DNA of 64,000 nt from Prosthecobacter sp. (lineage in GTDB: Bacteria > Verrucomicrobiota > Verrucomicrobiia > Verrucomicrobiales > Verrucomicrobiaceae), in NCBI RefSeq assembly GCF_044222565.1, contig NZ_JBGANA010000033.1, positions 5,923 through 69,922 on the forward strand. Direction: 5' to 3'. Numbering within the stretch: position 1 is the first letter of the stretch; every line of letters begins with the position of its first letter. The notes under the pieces are model-generated. The model had not been told where the DNA came from. It saw only the letters and a list, made by a program, of their open reading frames with translations, and searched no databases. Shown piece after piece: positions 57,531 to 64,000 of the stretch. Position numbers and translations under genes: made by a program.

Positions 57531-58511
57531 ATGCTTACTTCCGACTTCGACTACCACCTGCCGCCTGAACTCATTGCCAGTGAGCCGCTGGTGGAGAGAT
57601 CGGCCTCGCGCATGATGGTGGTGCACAGGAAGGAGGGTCGGATCGAGCACCGGATGTTTCGGGAGGTCGGAGAGTTTGTGTCCGAAGAGGCGGGAGACCT
57701 GCTGGTGCTGAATGACACGAGGGTGGTTCCCGCGCGCTACTTCACCGACAAAGGGCACGAGGTGCTGCGGTTGCAGATCCTGACGCCGACCCGCTGGCGC
57801 TGCATGGTGAAACCGGGGAAGAAATTTCGTGTTGGTCACACCGCCCGAATCGGCGAAGCCATAGGCACGGTGGTGGAGATCATGGAGGACAATGGTGACC
57901 GCATCATCGAGTTCGACCGTGTGGTGGATGAGACCAAGCACGGGCACCTGGCGCTGCCGCATTACATGGGGCGTGATGATCAGCCGGCGGATCGTGAGCG
58001 GTATCAAACCGTGTTCGCACGAAGCGAAGGCTCCATCGCTGCGCCGACTGCGGGGCTGCACTTCACGCCGGAGGTGCTGAATCCGCTGCCCCATGTCTTC
58101 GTAACGCTGCATGTGGGTGTGGGCACATTTCAGCCGGTGAAGGTGGAGAACATCGCGGAACACAAGATGCACTCCGAAGTGTATGAAGTTTCAGCCGCGA
58201 CGGCTCAGGCCGTGCACGACGCGAAACGGGTGATTCCTGTGGGCACTACAGCGCTGCGCACGCTGGAGACAGTGGCGCGTGATCATGGCAAGGTCATAGC
58301 CACGCAGGGCAGCACGGATATTTTCATTCATCCGGGTTTTGAGTTTAAAGTGGCGGGTGGGCTGCTGACGAATTTCCATCTGCCCAAGTCCACGCTCATC
58401 ATGCTAGTGAGTGCGTTCGCGGGCAAAGAGCTGGTGATGGAGGCGTATGCAGAGGCGATTCGGGAAAGGTATCGCTTTTTCAGCTATGGGGACTGCATGA
58501 TGATTGTGTGA
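57531..58511 (+). CDS. queA: S-adenosylmethionine:tRNA ribosyltransferase-isomerase
   Basis: SDFDYHLPPELIA, LVLNDTRV, LPHYM, DRERYQTVFA, AAPTAGLHFT, TLHVGVGTFQPV, LLTNFHLPKSTL, YRFFSYGDCM. Confidence 0.98.
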   Translation: MLTSDFDYHLPPELIASEPLVERSASRMMVVHRKEGRIEHRMFREVGEFVSEEAGDLLVLNDTRVVPARYFTDKGHEVLRLQILTPTRWRCMVKPGKKFRVGHTARIGEAIGTVVEIMEDNGDRIIEFDRVVDETKHGHLALPHYMGRDDQPADRERYQTVFARSEGSIAAPTAGLHFTPEVLNPLPHVFVTLHVGVGTFQPVKVENIAEHKMHSEVYEVSAATAQAVHDAKRVIPVGTTALRTLETVARDHGKVIATQGSTDIFIHPGFEFKVAGGLLTNFHLPKSTLIMLVSAFAGKELVMEAYAEAIRERYRFFSYGDCMMIV

Positions 58512-58554
58512 CGAGGATGCTCCTTGCCAGAGCGAAGGCCCCGAGACGCTCGTG

Positions 58555-58578
58555 TGCAGGCAGGAGTGCCCACATCAC
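58555..58578 (-). repeat. REP-like palindrome, third copy of the 33.8-kb family
   Basis: Reverse complement GTGATGTGGGCACTCCTGCCTGCA matches 33807-33830 at 23/24 positions; lies between convergent queA and aas. Confidence 0.75.
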
Positions 58579-58612
58579 TTTTCCCAGGCCAGTTGCGGCG
58601 CAACTGGGCAAC

Positions 58613-60799
58613 TTACGTCCCCGCCTTCGCAATCTTCTCGCAGCTCTGCACGTCCAGCTTGCCGGAGGCGAGCACAGGGATGTCGCTGACGCGGATCATC
58701 TTTTTGGGAATCCAAAGTGGTGGCATGCCTTTGTCGAGAAGGCGGTAGCGGAGGTCCAAGATCTCCTGGTGCTCGGGGCCGCCGGGCATGCTGGTGAGAA
58801 GGATGAGAGCCTCTCCTTTGTCCACGTCCGGAACGCCAACGACGGCGATCTTGCGCACGGTTTCGTTTTCGAGCCCCATGGCTTTCACCAGCGCTTCTTC
58901 CACGGTTTCATGCGGCACCATCTCACCGGCGATCTTGGAGAAGCGGCTGAGGCGGCCTTCGATGTAAAGAAAGCCATCGAGGTCCACGCGACCGATGTCC
59001 CCCGTGCGGAACCAGCCGTCCTTGAGCACTTCGGCGCTGCGCTTGGGATCATTGAGGTAGCCTTCGAAAACGTTCGGCCCCTTGAACCAGATCATGCCGC
59101 TTTGATGCAGCGGCACCGGAGCGTCCGTTTCAGGATTGGTGATGCGCACCGCCATGCCGGGCACGACGTGTCCCACCGATCCCTGCCGGTGGCTGGGAAG
59201 CCAGCTGTGTCCGCTCTCCTCATCACCGAGCGGTTCGGGGTCCGGAAGGTTCAGGTTGGAGGCAGGCGAGGTTTCGGTAAGGCCGTAGCCTTCCAGCACA
59301 CGTTTGCCAAACCGTGCCTCAAAGGCATCTGCCACGGTGCTTGGCAGCTTTTCCGCGCCGGTGACGCAGTATTTGATGGAGTTCAGCGACTCACGGTTCA
59401 CGCCGCGCAGGTAGCTGCGCAGGAAGGTGGGCGTGGAGATCATGAGGGTGATGCGATATTTCTCGATCAACTGGGCGAGCTTTTTCACCTCCATGGGCGA
59501 GGGATAGGTCACAAGATGCAGCCCGTAAATGATCGGGAACCAGAGCGTGACCGTGCAGCCAAAGCTGTGGAAGAGCGGCAGGCAGCCAAGGATGCTGTCA
59601 TTGCTCTGCATGCCGAGGCGGCTGCCAAACTGCATGACGTTGGAAATGAGATTGCGGTGGGTTAGAGCAACTCCTTTTGGCTCACCGGAACTGCCGCTGG
59701 TGAAAAGCAGCAGCGCCTCCTTGCGCCCGCCTTTCTTCGAGATGCCGAGCAGCGCCGCCAGCACTGCGGCGGGCAGCACCTTGCTAAGAACCAGCCACTT
59801 GGCGATGGAGACTTTCATCTTCGGCAAAATGCGTTCGATGAGGATGAGCTGCTTGCTCGGCGGCCAGGGGAAGCTTTGCATCTTGCGCACAAAAATGTCC
59901 GCAGTGAGGAAGCGGTCGATCTCGCCACGGCGGATGGCGCTGTCGATGGCGGCACGTCCGGCGGTGAAGTTGAGATTCACCGGGATTTTCCCTGCGAGTA
60001 CGACGGCCACATTGCAGATGAGGCCGCCAAGACCCGGAGGCAAAATGATCCCGACGCGCGCCTTCTTGGTCTCACGCTTCACCACCTGGGAAAGAGCCAG
60101 CGCAGTGGCAAAGACCTTGTCAAAGCGCAGGATTTTTTCATCCTTGCCGTCCACCACGCTGTTGCGGGTGCCATGCTTTTTAAAGCCCTGGATCAAAGCG
60201 TAGCCAAGACTGAGCTCAAGCGCGGCACATTCACTGATGCTTTGCTCAGAGAGCAGCAGCAGGGCCTCCTGATAGCTGGCGAGATTGGCTTCCGTCCCCT
60301 GTAGCAGCCGGCCAAAATTGAAGATTGCTTCGGCGTCGGTGTAGCGGCGCTCGATCGGCAGTGCGGTATCCTGCCGCCGGTGCACATACATCGGCAGCAC
60401 CGGGATTTCGGCCTTGAGCAGAAACTCGAGTTTTGTGCCCGGCACGGTGGTCATGGGCGAGGCCATCGTGGCCGCCTCGGCTGGGAGATAAATGATGACG
60501 GAGCCGGATTTGGCGGCGTCCGCCATGGCGCGGCGGTAGGCGGAGACCTCCGTCTCGCCGGGGGAAAACTCCAGGGCATGAACGTGCTCCCGCTCAAGAT
60601 GCGCCCGCAGCAGCGGGTGCAGCGCCGCACCTTTTCTCACCACGTAAACCACTTCACGTCCTCCCAGAACGAGTTCCAGCCGGAGCAGGTCAAAGTAACC
60701 GAGCTGGCTGGGCAGGATCATGAATCCGCCTCCTGAGGGCAGGTTCTCTTTGCCGAGGATCGTGAGGTCTTTGAGGGTGACGGGCTTTTCAGAGGCCAT
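58613..60799 (-). CDS. aas: Aas-like protein: degenerate acyltransferase-like N-terminus + acyl-ACP synthetase (AMP-binding) domain
   Basis: LLFTSGSSGEPKGV.LTHRNL, LPLFHSFG, EGYGLTETSP, GPNVFEGYL, GWFRTGD, RLSRFSKIAGEMVPH. Confidence 0.85.
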   Translation of the reverse strand: MASEKPVTLKDLTILGKENLPSGGGFMILPSQLGYFDLLRLELVLGGREVVYVVRKGAALHPLLRAHLEREHVHALEFSPGETEVSAYRRAMADAAKSGSVIIYLPAEAATMASPMTTVPGTKLEFLLKAEIPVLPMYVHRRQDTALPIERRYTDAEAIFNFGRLLQGTEANLASYQEALLLLSEQSISECAALELSLGYALIQGFKKHGTRNSVVDGKDEKILRFDKVFATALALSQVVKRETKKARVGIILPPGLGGLICNVAVVLAGKIPVNLNFTAGRAAIDSAIRRGEIDRFLTADIFVRKMQSFPWPPSKQLILIERILPKMKVSIAKWLVLSKVLPAAVLAALLGISKKGGRKEALLLFTSGSSGEPKGVALTHRNLISNVMQFGSRLGMQSNDSILGCLPLFHSFGCTVTLWFPIIYGLHLVTYPSPMEVKKLAQLIEKYRITLMISTPTFLRSYLRGVNRESLNSIKYCVTGAEKLPSTVADAFEARFGKRVLEGYGLTETSPASNLNLPDPEPLGDEESGHSWLPSHRQGSVGHVVPGMAVRITNPETDAPVPLHQSGMIWFKGPNVFEGYLNDPKRSAEVLKDGWFRTGDIGRVDLDGFLYIEGRLSRFSKIAGEMVPHETVEEALVKAMGLENETVRKIAVVGVPDVDKGEALILLTSMPGGPEHQEILDLRYRLLDKGMPPLWIPKKMIRVSDIPVLASGKLDVQSCEKIAKAGT

Positions 60800-60874
60800 G
60801 GGTGGGAGGCAGAATGCAGGTTTGGCGTACGTAAGCGGGGAGAGACGCGCATGCCAGCGGGAAAGCAGAGGGAA

Positions 60875-60984
60875 GTTGACGGTAGTTTACAGTTGTTGAC
60901 GATGGTTGACGGTGGAAAGAAAGAGCCAAACCACCCTCAACGCTCGAGCACCGATCCCTCAGCCGCCGTCAACCACCGTCAACC
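60875..60984. repeat. Inverted tandem-decamer element between divergent genes
   Basis: Left arm gttgacggta-gtttacagtt-gttgacgatg-gttgacggtg (60875-60914), 48-nt spacer, right arm ccgccgtcaa-ccaccgtcaa-cc (60963-60984). Confidence 0.85.
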
Positions 60985-60996
60985 GCCCCTTCCCCC

Positions 60997-62238
60997 ATGC
61001 CCCCTCCCCCGCGTTTTCCCCGCCGTGATTCGCCCCCGCCGCCTCCGCCCGGAAGCGACGGCTGGCTGCGGCCCTGGGCACAGATGAAGTACTTTTCCTT
61101 TCATCCGGCCGTATACCCCAACATGCTGCGTGCGGTGTCTCCAGACGCCGGGCCGGGGGATCTGGTGAACGTCTATGACAAGGAAGGGCAGCTCTTTGGC
61201 AGCGGTTTTTACAATGCGAACGCCCGCGTGCCGCTGCGGGTGCTGCAGCATGGCGAGGATGTGCTGAATGAGGACCTGCTGGACGCCCGGCTGGATGCCG
61301 CGCTGGATCTGCGACTGAAAACGCTGCGGCTCAACGAAACGACCGACGCCTGGCGGGCGGTGTCCTCGGACGGGGACGGCCTCAGCGGACTGGTGGTGGA
61401 CCGGTATGGCGATGTGCTCTCCATCGAAGTGACCTCCCTGGGAGTCTGGCGCCGTCTTTCCCGCTGGCTGCCCAAGCTGCACACTGCACTAGGCACGAAG
61501 CAGCACGTCATCGAGGTTGATCCAGACATCGCCCGGGTTGAGAACATGCGCCGGGCGGACGTGCCTGAAGCGGACGATCCAGCCCCCCGCAGCGTACGAA
61601 TTCGCGAAAATGGCGTGCGCTATCAGGTGAGCTTCGAAGACGGGCACAAAACGGGTTTCTTCTGTGATCAGCGGGACAACCGCCAGAAATTTGGCCACCT
61701 TGCCCGAGGTCGGCGCGTCCTGGACCTGTGCAGCTACACCGGGGGGTTTTCCCTGAACGCCCGCGTGCTCGGTGGCTGCGAGGATGTGACGGCCGTGGAT
61801 CTCGATGAAAAAGCCATCGCCCAGGGCAAGAAGAATGCGGATTTAAACCAGGTCCGAATCGACTGGGTGCATGCGGATACTTTCAGCTGGGGCCGCCAGA
61901 TGCAGCAAAACGGATCGCTCTGGGACGCCGTGGTGCTGGACCCGCCGAAGCTCGTCTTCTCCCGCGATGCGGAAGAAGGCCAGCTCGGCCGCAACAAATA
62001 CTACGATATGAATGCAGTGGCCCTCGGCCTGCTGAAGCGTGGCGGCCTGTTCGTCACCTGCTCATGTTCCGGGCTGCTGGATGTCGCTGAATTTGAGGAG
62101 ATTGTCATGCGTGCCGCGCACCGGAACAAGCGCCGGCTGCAGATCCTTGACCGCACGGGGGCCGGAGCGGACCACCCGGTCATGTCGAATTGTCCGGAGA
62201 GCCGCTACCTGAAGGTGCTGTGGTGTCTGGCGTGGTGA
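60997..62238 (+). CDS. RlmI/RlmK-family SAM-dependent rRNA methyltransferase
   Basis: PUA-like N-terminus; SDGDGLSGLVVDRYG, GHKTGFFCDQRDNR, RVLDLCSYTGGFS, VVLDPPK, TCSCSG, ESRYLK. Confidence 0.92.
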   Translation: MPPPPRFPRRDSPPPPPPGSDGWLRPWAQMKYFSFHPAVYPNMLRAVSPDAGPGDLVNVYDKEGQLFGSGFYNANARVPLRVLQHGEDVLNEDLLDARLDAALDLRLKTLRLNETTDAWRAVSSDGDGLSGLVVDRYGDVLSIEVTSLGVWRRLSRWLPKLHTALGTKQHVIEVDPDIARVENMRRADVPEADDPAPRSVRIRENGVRYQVSFEDGHKTGFFCDQRDNRQKFGHLARGRRVLDLCSYTGGFSLNARVLGGCEDVTAVDLDEKAIAQGKKNADLNQVRIDWVHADTFSWGRQMQQNGSLWDAVVLDPPKLVFSRDAEEGQLGRNKYYDMNAVALGLLKRGGLFVTCSCSGLLDVAEFEEIVMRAAHRNKRRLQILDRTGAGADHPVMSNCPESRYLKVLWCLAW

Positions 62239-62313
62239 CCCGCCTTCCGAAGGCGTGAATCCGTTACAGGTTTCCTTTGCTACCTCATTCCGACTGTTTA
62301 CTCTGCGTGTCCC

Positions 62314-64000
62314 ATGAATCCAGAGGTGCAAAACATTGTGGCCGCAGGCAAGCTCCCGGCTGCTGACGGCGAAAAACTTTCCAAACTCGAACCCGGAACC
62401 TTCGTTCTTCATAAAAGCTGGGGTGTCGGCAAAATCGCCGAATGGGATTTGCTGGGAGATCGCGTCCTCATCGACTTCGAAGGCAAGCCAGGGCATCCGC
62501 TGAAACTCGCTTTTGCCGTCAGCTCGCTCGAAGTCATTTCCCCGGATCACCTCCTGGCCCGCCGTCTTGCAGATCTTGACTCCCTCAAGGAACTGGCCGC
62601 CAAAAATCCACCGACGCTGGTGGAACTGGCGCTCAAGAGCAGCGGCAATTCCCTGCACCTGGACGACCTGGAAAAGCTGCTCAAAGGCCGCATCGTCTCC
62701 GACGCTGACTACAAGAAGTGGTGGGAAGGCGCCAAGCGCGCACTCAAGACCCACCGTCACATCGTGGTACCGGCAAAGCGCACCGAAAAACTCGTGCTGC
62801 GCGATCAGGCGGAAAACGCTGGAACGCAGATGGTGAAGTCCTTCCTGGCCGCGCGCGATTTGAAGAGCAAGCTCGCCACGCTGGCCAGCATTCAGAAGGA
62901 CATCGACCTCTTCACGGATCCAAAAACCGAACTGATCCCCGTTTTCCAGGATATCTCTGACTCCGCCCGCAAGAGCGTGAAGCTCAATCTCAAGGAGTGC
63001 CTTCAGCTCCTCCTGGCCCGGGACGAGCTCATTGAAAACCTCAGCGCCACCGCGCCGATGGGATCCATGAAGATTTCCGATCTGATCATGGAGACCAAGG
63101 AAGTGCTGGCAGATTCCATCAAAGGCCTCTCCGCCAGCCTGCTGGGCCGCATCTACCGGGCGTTCCCTGAAGCCTTCCCGAACCGTGGCTGGGTGCCTGA
63201 AATCCTGCACCACCTCACCAAGACCGGCGGGCGCGCCGTGGCCGAGATCGCAACCGTGCTGGATGCCAACGACGAACTCGACGTGCTTGCAGAAGCGCTG
63301 AAAAAATCCCTGCGCAACCGCATGCTCTCCGCAGATCTTCTCATCTGGATGGCCCGTGAGCGCAAAGGCCTCGCGGAATCCGTCTTCGACATTGATCTCG
63401 GTCATGCAATCCTGGGAGTCATCGAAAGCGATCACATGGAAGGTGGGCCCAAGCGTACCGGCCGCCTTCAGGACCTCCTCTCGGATGACAAGACCCTCCT
63501 TGGCGAAATGGTGGCCGAGGCTGAAGATGAAGATGTGAGACTGCTGGCCAAGCGCCTGATCAACGGCTCCCTGTTTGACGAACTGACCCGCCGCTCCCTC
63601 ATGGCCCGCATCATCAAGGTGCGTCCGGAAATGGAAGCTATGATGGACGAAAATGCCTCTGCCACCCATAAGGATGACTCCCTCATCGTCTCCTGGGAAA
63701 GCCTGGAGAAGAAAAAGCAGGAGCTGGAAGACCTCGTGAACGTCAAGATCCCGGACAACAAACGTGAGATCCAGATCGCCCGGGACGAAGGCGACCTTCG
63801 CGAAAACGGCGGTTACAAGGCTGCCCGTGACCAGCAGTCTGTGCTCCTGCGCATGCAGGGCAAGCTCGAACGCGAACTGCGCAACGCCCGCGGAACTGAT
63901 TTTGCCAACGTTCCCACGGACAAGGTCGGCATCGGCACGATTGTGGATCTCGAAGACGTGCCTTCGGGTGAAAAGGAAACCTTCACCATCCTCGGAGCCT
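62314..64000 (+). CDS. greA: Long multidomain GreA-family transcription elongation factor (C-terminal GreA domain); truncated by the window end
   Basis: Not in the ORF track (no stop in window). ATG 62314: MNPEVQNIVAAGKL...HKSWGVGKIAEW...; C-terminal EIQIARDEGDLRENGGYKAARDQQ...KVGIGTIVDLED...ETFTILG. Confidence 0.9.
   Translation, partial: MNPEVQNIVAAGKLPAADGEKLSKLEPGTFVLHKSWGVGKIAEWDLLGDRVLIDFEGKPGHPLKLAFAVSSLEVISPDHLLARRLADLDSLKELAAKNPPTLVELALKSSGNSLHLDDLEKLLKGRIVSDADYKKWWEGAKRALKTHRHIVVPAKRTEKLVLRDQAENAGTQMVKSFLAARDLKSKLATLASIQKDIDLFTDPKTELIPVFQDISDSARKSVKLNLKECLQLLLARDELIENLSATAPMGSMKISDLIMETKEVLADSIKGLSASLLGRIYRAFPEAFPNRGWVPEILHHLTKTGGRAVAEIATVLDANDELDVLAEALKKSLRNRMLSADLLIWMARERKGLAESVFDIDLGHAILGVIESDHMEGGPKRTGRLQDLLSDDKTLLGEMVAEAEDEDVRLLAKRLINGSLFDELTRRSLMARIIKVRPEMEAMMDENASATHKDDSLIVSWESLEKKKQELEDLVNVKIPDNKREIQIARDEGDLRENGGYKAARDQQSVLLRMQGKLERELRNARGTDFANVPTDKVGIGTIVDLEDVPSGEKETFTILGA

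Noticed and set aside
57394-60984. Possible CRISPR arrays at the decamer repeats
   Set aside because: Units are about 10 bp, contiguous and without unique spacers; no cas genes in the window
62062-63669. 535-aa minus-strand ORF
   Set aside because: Antisense shadow of the plus-strand long GreA, which has clear motifs but is missing from the track because it lacks a stop in the window

Overview
GC-rich bacterial chromosomal window, most likely Verrucomicrobiota (Prosthecobacter-like); this taxonomy is inferred from protein styles and gene order, not from a search. 1-11 kb: an ECF sigma/anti-sigma pair and an mdtABC-type RND efflux operon with an outer-membrane factor. 11-27 kb: the str-S10-spc ribosomal superoperon (rpsL through secY-map). 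It lacks tuf, rpsN, rpmD and adk, has a secreted coiled-coil protein gene between rpsS and rplV, and its SecY carries an extra C-terminal hydrophobic helix. 27-36 kb: accessory region with a 9-repeat FN3-like surface protein, small hypotheticals, tadA/rpe split by a heptamer tandem repeat, and a decayed three-gene contractile-injection-system (eCIS) module. That module comprises a CIS tape-measure C-terminal domain, an AAA ATPase with a Walker B E->K change, and a DUF4157 pseudogene missing from the ORF track and split by a 155-bp MITE (perfect 14-bp TIRs, 4-bp target duplication). 36-64 kb: housekeeping and envelope genes: infC (AUA start, long tails), aroE, ThuA-like, TPR-redoxin, NamZ, a two-component system with a secretin-like gene, rsfS with a histone-like tail, xylFG without a permease, sulfatase, Uma2, pilD, ddpX, RluA, SDR, Gfo/Idh/MocA, queA, aas-like, rlmI-like and a long GreA truncated by the window end. 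Several families of small intergenic repeats recur, including REP-like palindromes and inverted tandem-decamer arrays. No rRNA, tRNA, CRISPR array or intact transposase was seen. Family assignments come from motif recognition by eye; no database search was run.
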